Virus record (IMG/VR): IMGVR_UViG_3300027749_000051 | Location: 1-64,000 of that record | DNA length: 64,000 nucleotides | DNA from: a virus | Strand: one strand, 5' to 3' | In this document: positions 30,773 through 39,410 of the stretch, piece by piece | Layout: the number at the start of each line of letters is the position of its first letter | How positions within the stretch are numbered: position 1 is the first letter of the stretch | Program-made: the position numbers and the translations under genes | Notes under the pieces: generated by a model | The model's input: the letters and a program-made list of their open reading frames with translations, nothing else | Told to the model about the DNA's origin: nothing | Databases searched by the model: none

Positions 30773-31554
30773 TGATTCACAGACTAATTCACTTTTCTGA
30801 CTTACACCTCAGGCTATTCAAGGATCACGAGTTATATCGTGGCATTCTTGGATCTGCCTTGAAGGAGTGGACAACACTTAAACCAGATAGAATTGTGTTT
30901 ACGGGAGACCTCGTACATTCAAAGAACCAGTTAACACCTGAACTAATTGAATTAACAAGTTGGTTGTTAACTGAATGTTCACAAATTGCCAAGACAATTA
31001 TCATTCCTGGTAATCACGATGCCTTGATGAATAACACGGAAAGGTTAGATTCATTAACACCGATTATCAATTCATTGAATAACTCTAATATTGTTTATTA
31101 TAAAGACAGAGGGATTTATGAGGATGAGAATGTTAGTTGGTGTGTTTACTCACAATTTCAAGGAAACATTCCACCAGATATTGATACGGCAAATGGGTTT
31201 AAGATAGGGTTATTTCACGGACCGATATGCGGATTAAAAACTGATTTAGGGTTTGACTTCGGTGAGGAGGCTTACGACACCAATAAGTTTAAAGGGTTGG
31301 ATATTGTTTTATGTGGTGATATACATAAAAGATCCACATTTAATATTCCAAATGGAAAACGAGGAGTTATGATTGGTTCAACAATCCAGAATAATATGGG
31401 TGAAAGTATTTCAAGTCATGGATATGGTGTTTATGATATTGAAACTGACCAATATGATTTTGTTGACTTACCTAACATTAAACCATTTCTAAAGTTCCAG
31501 ATAAAATCTATTGATGATCTGGTTGAAGGAAAAGAAAGACTATTAAATTACTAA
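30772..31554 (+). CDS. sbcD: Mre11/SbcD-like metallophosphoesterase nuclease (nuclease domain only)
   Basis: HFSDLH, GDLVH, PGNHD, LFHG, GDIH; upstream of a Rad50/SbcC gene. Confidence 0.85.
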   Translation: MIHRLIHFSDLHLRLFKDHELYRGILGSALKEWTTLKPDRIVFTGDLVHSKNQLTPELIELTSWLLTECSQIAKTIIIPGNHDALMNNTERLDSLTPIINSLNNSNIVYYKDRGIYEDENVSWCVYSQFQGNIPPDIDTANGFKIGLFHGPICGLKTDLGFDFGEEAYDTNKFKGLDIVLCGDIHKRSTFNIPNGKRGVMIGSTIQNNMGESISSHGYGVYDIETDQYDFVDLPNIKPFLKFQIKSIDDLVEGKERLLNY

Positions 31555-31555
31555 A

Positions 31556-32530
31556 ATGGGAAAAACAATATCGTTATCTTCAAGTGAGTATAAAGACTTG
31601 CAATCATATTGTAAGTTAAATAAATTCGATGAAGATGAGATCCTTAAAAAATCTTATTTGGAGGGATTTCGGATTGAACGATATGGTCTATTATCAGGAT
31701 CTGCAGGAGTTGTTGAGAAAGAGGTCATCAAGGAAGTTATTAAGTATGTTGAAGTCCCTTTGATTGAGGAGAAAGAAGTTGTCAGAATTGAGTATGTTGA
31801 GATTCCGATAATTCAAGAGAAGGAAGTTGTTAAAATCGAGTATGTTGAAGTTGATAAGATTGTCGAGGTCATCAAGGAAGTACCCGTTGAAAAGATTGTT
31901 GAAGTCATCAAGGAAGTACCCGTTGAAAAGATTGTTGAAGTCATCAAGGAAATACCAGTTGAAAGAGTTGTTGAGAAGATAGTTGAAATAACCAAAGAAA
32001 TTCCTGTTGAGAAAGTAGTAATTAAAGAGGTTATTAAAGAAGTTCCTGTTGAAAAAGTTGTCACAAAAATAGAATATATTAGTGACAATACTCAGATAAA
32101 TGAACTACTATTAAAAATACAAGAGTTGGAAAACGCACCACCTAAGATAGTTGAGAAAATTGTTGAGGTGGTAAAAGAAGTTCCTGTTGATAAGATTATT
32201 GAAGTAACGAAGGAAGTAATTGTTGAAAAGATTGTTGAGGTAGTAAAAGAGGTTCCTGTTGAGAAGATTGTTGAGGTAATAAAGGAAGTGATTGTTGAAA
32301 AGATTATTGAGGTTACAGTTGAGAAAATTATTACCCAACAAGATGATGGATTAAAACCTAAACTTGACGCACTTCAGAAGACAGTTATGAAGTTGAAACA
32401 AGACAACATAGATAAAGACAATAAAATTAAAGAATACGAGAAGACGATTCAGGATATACAGAACTTCCAATCAGAAACGAAAGCGATGTATTTAAAGGGA
32501 TCCAATTTGGATGATAAATTATATAGATAA
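31556..32530 (+). CDS. VEKIVEVIKEVP-repeat protein (alveolin/articulin-like composition)
   Basis: Many 12-aa EKIVEVIKEVPV units (36-bp DNA repeats at about 31855-31960); C-terminal coiled coil. Confidence 0.75.
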   Translation: MGKTISLSSSEYKDLQSYCKLNKFDEDEILKKSYLEGFRIERYGLLSGSAGVVEKEVIKEVIKYVEVPLIEEKEVVRIEYVEIPIIQEKEVVKIEYVEVDKIVEVIKEVPVEKIVEVIKEVPVEKIVEVIKEIPVERVVEKIVEITKEIPVEKVVIKEVIKEVPVEKVVTKIEYISDNTQINELLLKIQELENAPPKIVEKIVEVVKEVPVDKIIEVTKEVIVEKIVEVVKEVPVEKIVEVIKEVIVEKIIEVTVEKIITQQDDGLKPKLDALQKTVMKLKQDNIDKDNKIKEYEKTIQDIQNFQSETKAMYLKGSNLDDKLYR

Positions 32531-32534
32531 AATT

Positions 32535-32888
32535 ATGACAATTAAAGTTTTAGTGTGGTTTATTCTAAGCTATGGGCTTATGAGTATTATGGTCTTCGGA
32601 TCAATTTTTAAAGGGTTGAGGAATACAATAAAGGAGTGGGGAGAATCAAAATTGCCGCTTCATTCATTTGGTGAATTTCTATACGGGATATTGAGTTGTC
32701 CACTTTGTTTTTCAACATGGGGTGGATTCTTTCTTGGAATTTTTGTATATTCACCAGTACACCAGTTATTTGATGTTAGTTGTTTAATATCTTGGTTCTT
32801 TGATGGTATCTTATCTTCAGGGGCGGTATGGGCAATCAATGCAATAATTGAATGGTTCGAGGTTAATCGACCAGAAAATAAAGATTAA
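32535..32888 (+). CDS. Membrane protein, DUF1360-like
   Basis: Hydrophobic segments around GILSCPLCFSTW; start reassigned to ATG 32535. Confidence 0.55.
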   Translation: MTIKVLVWFILSYGLMSIMVFGSIFKGLRNTIKEWGESKLPLHSFGEFLYGILSCPLCFSTWGGFFLGIFVYSPVHQLFDVSCLISWFFDGILSSGAVWAINAIIEWFEVNRPENKD

Positions 32889-32905
32889 ATTAATTTAAAA
32901 ACATT

Positions 32906-33043
32906 ATGAAAGGATTAGTCGCATTATTTTTATTACTTTGGTGTACAATTACAATTGTCCCAATGGTGGTTTTATTGTTGGAGTTAGTGGTCAGTGGTAA
33001 AGATTGTTTACTAAATGATCTTGTATCAGAAATCAATCGTTAA
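32906..33043 (+). CDS. Small membrane protein (45 aa; not in the track)
   Basis: MKGLVALFLLLWCTITIVPMVVLLLELVVSG..., fills the operon gap. Confidence 0.5.
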   Translation: MKGLVALFLLLWCTITIVPMVVLLLELVVSGKDCLLNDLVSEINR

Positions 33044-33055
33044 TAATTTAGAACA

Positions 33056-33223
33056 ATGGGTATTAGAAAAAAAGAACACAGAAAAAAAGTTGAGTTAAGA
33101 AATCAAAAAATCAAAGGAGCAAAAAACGCAATGCAACGATTATTTGATGAAACAATGAAGAAGCAAATCGAAGAGCTTAAGAAAAAACAAGAATTATCAG
33201 GTCAGACTGAAAACCAAAATTAA
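33056..33223 (+). CDS. Small basic helical protein (55 aa; not in the track)
   Basis: MGIRKKEHRKKVELRNQKIKG...; stop codon 2 nt before the sbcC ATG. Confidence 0.6.
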   Translation: MGIRKKEHRKKVELRNQKIKGAKNAMQRLFDETMKKQIEELKKKQELSGQTENQN

Positions 33224-33225
33224 TA

Positions 33226-35607
33226 ATGAAATGGGATTTATTTAATCCGCCGCCAATTTTTAATTACAAAAACATGCCCACAAAGTTAGATGTTTCAACT
33301 TTGGAGAATCCTTACATTCAAGTAGTTTGGGAGGACATTCCAGAAAATTTCACACAAGAGAGGATTAAGTCGGTTCGACAATACTTTATGAAGAAGTATG
33401 TATCAACCAATATCAATGTTATCACAAAGTTAAAATTAACCGATGATGATACACAACAAACGGTTGATGTCGCTTCCAACATTATGGATAAGAATTATCA
33501 AAAAGAATTGATAAACTCTCTGCTCCAATCCAAAAACCATGATCAATATTTCGATCAAATTATGGCTATTGATACATCAGTTGAAAATCGAATGTTGGCA
33601 AATGAAGTTGAGATAACTCCATTCAAACGATGGTATATTAAAAAAATTGAATTCAGTAACTTCTTATCCTATGGTGAGAACCAAGTTATTGATTTTGATA
33701 AATGTAATGGAATTACGGTTGTTGAGTCAAATCCTCCAAATTTCGGTGGTAAATCAGTATTAACTGTGGATCTATTGTTATATCTATTCTTTAACACAAC
33801 GACCAAAACTCAAAAGGCAGAAGAAATCTTTAATAGGTTTACAGACAAAAATGTGGTTAGTGTTAAGGGGGAGATTATAATAGATGGGGAAGAATATATT
33901 ATCGCCCGCAAAATAGAGAGAAAGAAATCCAAAACAGGAGAATGGAATGTAAAAACTGAATTGGATTTCTTTAAGAAACTTGCCGATGGACAATTACAAA
34001 ATTTCACAGGAGAACAACGAAGGGAAACTGAGAACTTTATTAAGACATCCATTGGAAGCATGGACGATTTTTTGATGACCATTGTCACCACAGGGTCAAA
34101 TTTGGAGGATCTGCTCGATGCCAAGCCAACTGCTCGCGGACAGGTATTGAGTCGATTCTTGGGGTTGGAGTTCCTTAAGAAGAAGGAAGAAACGGGGAAA
34201 GAGATTTATTCGGAGTTCTCAAAAGGGATGATGTCAAATGTTTATAACACCGAGACATTAAACCAGGGAAATGAGACAGCAAAAACTGATATTCAAAGTC
34301 TAACAGATGAGATTAAATTGTTAGATATTAAGATTGAGGATGTTGATAAACGACAACAGAGAGGACAAGAATATAAGGAGAATCTCCTTAGTTCAAAGTA
34401 CACCGACATTGACCACGAATTACTTGTTCTAAATCCTGATAATCTAAACTCAACCATCTTTGATCTGGATAATAATTGCAAAACAGTCAAGAATCAAATT
34501 GATGAAATAAAACTGGTTGAACCATCAGAGTTTTATCACGAAGACAAGCATGATGAAGTTAAGGAATTGTTAACCAACGCCAAGATAGAACATGCGGGAG
34601 CCACCACTAAGGTTGAAGATATTGATGCGATGGTTAAAAAGTTTGGTGGGGGAATACAATGTGAACATTGTGGAATTAAACTTATTGAAGCCGAGATAAC
34701 CAAGAAAAGAATTGGTGAACTTGAAGAATGGAAACAAAAAGTTTTAGATTTAGGTAAGGATGTTATTGAACTGGACAAGAAAGAAAAATCATTTGTCCAG
34801 TTGAAAAAGGAGTTTGATGAATATGAGAAAAACAAACTAATCAAGGAGAAGTTTGAAATTTCATTGGAGTCGAATGAGATAAAGTTATCCCAAGCAAAAG
34901 ATAAACTTAAACGGTACCAAGAGGTTCAGGATAAGATTAAAAAGAACAATGAGATTGAATCCCAATTGATTAAAGCTAACCTACGTATTGACGAGTTAAT
35001 ATCCGAGAAACGAGGTTATGAAAGAACTCAGGCAAGCAATCAAACACAGATCGTTAATCTACAATCCAAGATTGAAAAGAATAATGATATCATCTTGAGA
35101 ATTGCTGAAGAGTTTGAACGAGAAAAGTTGTTTAAGATCTATATTGAAGTATTTGGTAAGAACGGAATTACCAAAGTTATTATGAAGACTATGATGCCAT
35201 TAATAAACTCTGAACTTCAACGACTACTTCAGGACTCTTGTTATTTTAACTTGGAGATTCGGATTAGTGATAAGAACGAGGTGGAGTTTATTATGATTGA
35301 TAATTCAACAGGTATTGAGAAGTTAATGGTTTCAGGATCTGGATATGAACGGACAATTGCATCGTTGGCGTTAAGGGCGGTCTTATCAAAGGTGTGTTCA
35401 TTACCAAAACCAAATATCGTGGTTATGGACGAGGTCTTCGGTAAGATAAGTAATGATAATCTTGAAATGGTTGGTGAGTTTTTTATAAAGATTAAGGATT
35501 ATTTTGAAAAGATTTTTGTGATAAGTCATAATCCTTTAATAAGTAATTGGGCGAACAATGTGGTTAAAATAACAAAGACCGATAATATTTCAAAAGTCTC
35601 TCAATAA
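33226..35607 (+). CDS. sbcC: Rad50/SbcC-like ABC ATPase with a ~135-aa N-terminal extension
   Basis: IKKIEFSNFLSYG; GGKS; coiled coil with CEHC zinc hook; VMDEVFG; ISHN. Confidence 0.9.
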   Translation: MKWDLFNPPPIFNYKNMPTKLDVSTLENPYIQVVWEDIPENFTQERIKSVRQYFMKKYVSTNINVITKLKLTDDDTQQTVDVASNIMDKNYQKELINSLLQSKNHDQYFDQIMAIDTSVENRMLANEVEITPFKRWYIKKIEFSNFLSYGENQVIDFDKCNGITVVESNPPNFGGKSVLTVDLLLYLFFNTTTKTQKAEEIFNRFTDKNVVSVKGEIIIDGEEYIIARKIERKKSKTGEWNVKTELDFFKKLADGQLQNFTGEQRRETENFIKTSIGSMDDFLMTIVTTGSNLEDLLDAKPTARGQVLSRFLGLEFLKKKEETGKEIYSEFSKGMMSNVYNTETLNQGNETAKTDIQSLTDEIKLLDIKIEDVDKRQQRGQEYKENLLSSKYTDIDHELLVLNPDNLNSTIFDLDNNCKTVKNQIDEIKLVEPSEFYHEDKHDEVKELLTNAKIEHAGATTKVEDIDAMVKKFGGGIQCEHCGIKLIEAEITKKRIGELEEWKQKVLDLGKDVIELDKKEKSFVQLKKEFDEYEKNKLIKEKFEISLESNEIKLSQAKDKLKRYQEVQDKIKKNNEIESQLIKANLRIDELISEKRGYERTQASNQTQIVNLQSKIEKNNDIILRIAEEFEREKLFKIYIEVFGKNGITKVIMKTMMPLINSELQRLLQDSCYFNLEIRISDKNEVEFIMIDNSTGIEKLMVSGSGYERTIASLALRAVLSKVCSLPKPNIVVMDEVFGKISNDNLEMVGEFFIKIKDYFEKIFVISHNPLISNWANNVVKITKTDNISKVSQ

Positions 35608-35612
35608 AATGG
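35580..35612 (+). repeat. 33-bp direct repeat, copy 1 (includes the sbcC stop)
   Basis: CGATAATATTTCAAAAGTCTCTCAATAAAATGG; 32/33 identical to 36546-36578. Confidence 0.9.
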
Positions 35613-35622
35613 GACTTTTTTT
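35592..35622 (+). terminator. Terminator after sbcC
   Basis: AAAAGTCTC-tcaataaaat-GGGACTTTT followed by a T run. Confidence 0.6.
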
Positions 35623-35660
35623 GTTGACACATCAACGAAAAAATCAAAAAAGAAAAGTTT

Positions 35661-36551
35661 ATGATTAAAACACCTATAAGGTATGCGGGAGGAAAAAGCA
35701 AGGCGATTAAGATAATAACGCCATTTGTTGAGGGTATTGATAAAATAGTTTCACCATTTATTGGTGGGGGATCTTTGGAGGTTCATTGGGCATCAATGGG
35801 AAAACAAGTTATTGGATATGATTTATTTGATGTTCTTGTTAATTTTTGGAATGTTCTATTGAATAATAAGGGAGAATTGGTTGAGAAGTTAAGACAAATT
35901 AATCCAACATCTGGTGAATATACCCGAATCAAAGAGATATTGATGAAATGGGATAATACACAGGATATGTTGAAAGATTGGAAGACGGGATATTATAAAA
36001 GAGATGATGTAATTTCTTTGGATAGTATAACCGCGGCAGCTTATTATTATTTTAATCACAACACATCTTATGGTCCTGGTTATTTGGGTTGGGGATCATC
36101 TGTTTATTTACAACCTAAGAAATGGGATGATATGATTAGTAAGATATCCAAATTTGAATTACCTACTCTATCAGTGAATCAAGGAAGTTTTGAATCTATA
36201 TTACCGAACCATACTAACGATTTCTTATATTTGGATCCTCCATATTTCTTAGAGAAGGATGCTGACAATAAAATGTTCACAGGGATTTATCCGATGAGAA
36301 ATATACCAGTCCATCACAATGGATTTAATCACGAATTATTGAGAAATATGTTAAAGGATCACAAGGGCGGATTTGTCTTGTCTTATAATAATTGTGAAAC
36401 GATTAGAGATTATTATAGTGAGTTTGAGTTCCATTATCCAACATGGAATTACTCTATGGGTAACGGAGAAAAACGAATAGGTAAGAACAGAATAGAGGCG
36501 GGAATTACAAATACTAAAGACTCACATGAAATTTTAATCGTAAAACGATAA
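35661..36551 (+). CDS. dam: Dam-like (D12 class) N6-adenine DNA methyltransferase
   Basis: RYAGGKS; PFIGGGS; YLDPPY; VLSYN; HEILI. Confidence 0.9.
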   Translation: MIKTPIRYAGGKSKAIKIITPFVEGIDKIVSPFIGGGSLEVHWASMGKQVIGYDLFDVLVNFWNVLLNNKGELVEKLRQINPTSGEYTRIKEILMKWDNTQDMLKDWKTGYYKRDDVISLDSITAAAYYYFNHNTSYGPGYLGWGSSVYLQPKKWDDMISKISKFELPTLSVNQGSFESILPNHTNDFLYLDPPYFLEKDADNKMFTGIYPMRNIPVHHNGFNHELLRNMLKDHKGGFVLSYNNCETIRDYYSEFEFHYPTWNYSMGNGEKRIGKNRIEAGITNTKDSHEILIVKR

Positions 36552-36578
36552 TATTTCAAAGGTCTCTCAATAAAATGG
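36546..36578 (+). repeat. 33-bp direct repeat, copy 2 (includes the MTase stop)
   Basis: CGATAATATTTCAAAGGTCTCTCAATAAAATGG. Confidence 0.9.
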
Positions 36579-36616
36579 AGGAGGGGTTATTTTAAATGTT
36601 TTTTTATATTTTATAG

Positions 36617-37039
36617 ATGAAAAAGATTGTTTGTTTTGAGTGTGGTAATGATGACGAAATACACAATCATCATGTGGTTCCAAAAATATTGGGTGGAACA
36701 AAGACCATTCCATTATGTTTAAGTTGCCATGGTAAAGTTCATGGGGTTGATTTTATTAATCATAAGAAATTAACAAGAGAAGGATTGGCAAATGCAAAAA
36801 AACGAGGGGTAAAATTAGGTACCCCAAATAATTTAAATGGGGAAGCGAGAAAAAAGGGCCTAAATAAAGTTATTGAAAATAGGATATCTAATGCTAATTG
36901 GAATCGGGCTAAAGATTTTATATCTAAAGTAAAAATTAAAAAATTATCAACATTATCCTCGATGCTTAATGAAAATGGGTATAAAACAAGGCAAGGATGT
37001 TTTTTTACTGCGGCAACTGTTAAAAGATTGATTAATTAA
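36617..37039 (+). CDS. HNH nuclease fused to a serine-recombinase C-terminal-like DNA-binding region
   Basis: CFEC...HHVVP..LGG...LCLSCHGKVH; TREGLANAKKRGVKLGTP; LNENGYKTRQG..FTAATVKRL. Confidence 0.65.
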   Translation: MKKIVCFECGNDDEIHNHHVVPKILGGTKTIPLCLSCHGKVHGVDFINHKKLTREGLANAKKRGVKLGTPNNLNGEARKKGLNKVIENRISNANWNRAKDFISKVKIKKLSTLSSMLNENGYKTRQGCFFTAATVKRLIN

Positions 37040-37061
37040 ACAATATTAGAATTAGTTTTAT

Positions 37062-37069
37062 TATATTTG
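37062..37069 (+). promoter_or_regulatory. Bacteroidota -7 element (TAnnTTTG)
   Basis: TATATTTG ending 4 nt before ATG 37074; no clear -33 element. Confidence 0.5.
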
Positions 37070-37073
37070 TCGA

Positions 37074-37688
37074 ATGATGAAAGGATATTTATATTTGGCG
37101 ACAGATGGGGTTGGTGATTTCAAAAAATTTGGAATAGCTTCCAATCCCAATATACGATTAATTAATTATAATACTACGGAACATTTAAGACCGATATATT
37201 TCGAGAAAGTATTTGGGTTTAAAAGTTATTCTGATGCCAGAGATGCTGAGACACAACTCAGGAGAGAATTAAAGCAATATATTATTCAGACCCATCACAT
37301 TGAGACTTTTGTATGTAATGAGATCACAGAGAATATTTTTAACGAATCAACCAAAGAATACGTAGTTATTGACTTTACAAATGATTATGCCGGAAACATA
37401 CAAAACAAAAGATTTCCATATTATAAGGAGTTATTAAAATTAATTAACTTCGCATTAGATGTCGGAATGTGTAAAATTGTTTTAGAGAGATTGATTATTA
37501 AACATAAGGTCGGTTATTATCGTGAGAATGCACCACCAAGAGTTATTATGGAGGATAGGATTAAACATTTAATTCAACTTGGTAATAAAGAGTTATGTTG
37601 GGATAATAAACCAAGAATGTTGGATAGGATGCAAAAATTCTATTGTTTGGAGGAAGAAATTAAATCACTATTAGTTAATTTACAATAG
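37074..37688 (+). CDS. GIY-YIG / T5orf172-like nuclease domain protein
   Basis: YLYL...KKFGIASNPNIRL...AETQLRREL. Confidence 0.55.
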   Translation: MMKGYLYLATDGVGDFKKFGIASNPNIRLINYNTTEHLRPIYFEKVFGFKSYSDARDAETQLRRELKQYIIQTHHIETFVCNEITENIFNESTKEYVVIDFTNDYAGNIQNKRFPYYKELLKLINFALDVGMCKIVLERLIIKHKVGYYRENAPPRVIMEDRIKHLIQLGNKELCWDNKPRMLDRMQKFYCLEEEIKSLLVNLQ

Positions 37689-37740
37689 TTGGGTTAGGAA
37701 AGTTTATTTTTTTGTATTACCTTTATAAAAAATTATATCA

Positions 37741-38256
37741 ATGAAGAATTATATCTTAACAGTTGTCGGTTCATTTGAATCCGAAGAAATGTGTAAACAA
37801 ATTGCGTTATCAATAACTCCAATTGTTGATTCGCCGAATCTAAAATTCCAATACATGGGAGGAGTGTTGTTATTTCATTTTGCAACAGAGGTTCCTAAAG
37901 ACGAAGTCTATTTTTATGTCTTTGACGCATTATTTGATGTCAGTGAAACATTCATTTTGACAGAGATAACTGACGAAGTGTCAGTTTCTATGACACTTGA
38001 GCTTGAAAAACATTTACTTGATTTAGATAATATTGGTGATGATGTGACTATGTTATTGGATATGAACCAGATAAAGTATGGTCAGTATAACTCAGAGGAG
38101 GAAGAGGAAAGTTTTGTGGCATTACTTTTGGAGGAAGTAAGTCAATCATCTAAAAAACCAGCATTAGATGAGATTTTAGAGAAAATTTATAAGCAAGGAT
38201 TTGACTCCTTAAGTTTATTTGAAAAAAATGTATTGGACACTTACAGTAAAACTTAA
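37741..38256 (+). CDS. Hypothetical protein
   Basis: Acidic ORF; C-terminal LDEILEKIYKQGFDSLS helix hairpin. Confidence 0.55.
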   Translation: MKNYILTVVGSFESEEMCKQIALSITPIVDSPNLKFQYMGGVLLFHFATEVPKDEVYFYVFDALFDVSETFILTEITDEVSVSMTLELEKHLLDLDNIGDDVTMLLDMNQIKYGQYNSEEEEESFVALLLEEVSQSSKKPALDEILEKIYKQGFDSLSLFEKNVLDTYSKT

Positions 38257-38259
38257 TCT

Positions 38260-39057
38260 ATGAAAGAAAAATCGGTTATTCCTATTAATCAAGACGAGAT
38301 CCGTCATTACTTGAAAGACTTAAGAAAGTTAAAAGTAATGACTCCTGAGAGAGAACGAGAACTCTCCAGACGTATGTTATCCAACGAGATTTCTGATGAA
38401 GAAAAGGTTGAGATACATAAGGAACTTTTAGAAGGAAATCTTAGGTTTGTGATTACTGTTAGTAAGCAATATCAGAATCAGGGATTAGACCTGTCTGATT
38501 TAATTGCTGAGGGTAATCTTGGACTAATGAAGGCAATTGAGAATTTTGATTGGTCTAAAAAACTAAGATTTATCTCATATGCGGTATGGTGGGTAAGACA
38601 ATCGATCTTCCAATCATTGAATGAAAATGCAAGAACAATTCGATTACCAGTAAATGTTGTACAAGAACTTCACAAGGCGAAGAAGGAGTTAGATAAAGCA
38701 GGAGTTGAACTACCTGACAAGTTTGTAAATCTACCTTATACTATTAATTTAGATAAACCCTTGAATGAAGAAGGAGATACCTTAATTGACATTCTTAACA
38801 ATCCAAATGCTGACTTAGCTGACGCAGGATTTTCAACTGAGCAAACATTGAAGGATAAGTTGATTAGTATGTTGAATATACTGGATGACAGAGAGAAAGT
38901 TATTATTCAAGACTATTTTGGGTTGTCAGGATCAACAAGAACCTTAGAGGACATTGGTAATGATTTTGATCTAACAAAGGAAAGGGTTAGACAGATTAAA
39001 GAGAAAGCCCTTAGGAAATTACGGAACGAGACGGGTATTCTATTTGATTATCTGTAA
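38260..39057 (+). CDS. Sigma-70 family RNA polymerase sigma factor (RpoD-like, no region 1.1)
   Basis: NLRFVITVSKQYQNQGL...EGNLGLMKA...FISYAVWWVRQ; TIRLPVN; TLEDIG..FDLTKERVRQIKEKALRKLR. Confidence 0.95.
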   Translation: MKEKSVIPINQDEIRHYLKDLRKLKVMTPERERELSRRMLSNEISDEEKVEIHKELLEGNLRFVITVSKQYQNQGLDLSDLIAEGNLGLMKAIENFDWSKKLRFISYAVWWVRQSIFQSLNENARTIRLPVNVVQELHKAKKELDKAGVELPDKFVNLPYTINLDKPLNEEGDTLIDILNNPNADLADAGFSTEQTLKDKLISMLNILDDREKVIIQDYFGLSGSTRTLEDIGNDFDLTKERVRQIKEKALRKLRNETGILFDYL

Positions 39058-39061
39058 AATG

Positions 39062-39098
39062 ATATAAAAGGTGTATTTATTAAGTACACCTTTTATAT
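39062..39098. terminator. Perfect 14-bp hairpin after sigma, overlapping a TATTTAT motif (39074-39080)
   Basis: ATATAAAAGGTGTA-tttattaag-TACACCTTTTATAT. Confidence 0.75.
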
Positions 39099-39127
39099 TT
39101 TATATAATAAACTAAAAATGTTTTGAT

Positions 39128-39409
39128 ATGAAAAAATTTATTGAAAATAATTTTACGATTATTGTTTTGGTTGTTGCAATATTAGGACTTCTTAAAAGTT
39201 GTAATGATTCAAAAGAGATATCTAAAATAAAGAGAGAGATTGCTGCTATTAAAGACTCAACATATACTAAGATTGAACTTAAAAAAGAATTGGTAATAAG
39301 TGGGCTAGAAGCGGAGAAAAGAATGATTCAAGCAACCGATAGAAAGTTATTGGATGTTAGACGACAAACTGAAATTGAAGAACAAATAAAAAAGCTTAAA
39401 GGAGAATAA
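39128..39409 (+). CDS. Membrane-anchored or possible lipoprotein coiled-coil protein
   Basis: N-terminal hydrophobic helix ending LLKSC. Confidence 0.5.
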   Translation: MKKFIENNFTIIVLVVAILGLLKSCNDSKEISKIKREIAAIKDSTYTKIELKKELVISGLEAEKRMIQATDRKLLDVRRQTEIEEQIKKLKGE

Positions 39410-39410
39410 T

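Noticed and set aside
35661-37688. Restriction-modification operon (Dam plus HNH or GIY-YIG)
   Set aside because: The neighbouring nucleases resemble mobile homing-type proteins and the repeat boundary separates them from the MTase; not excluded, but unsupported.
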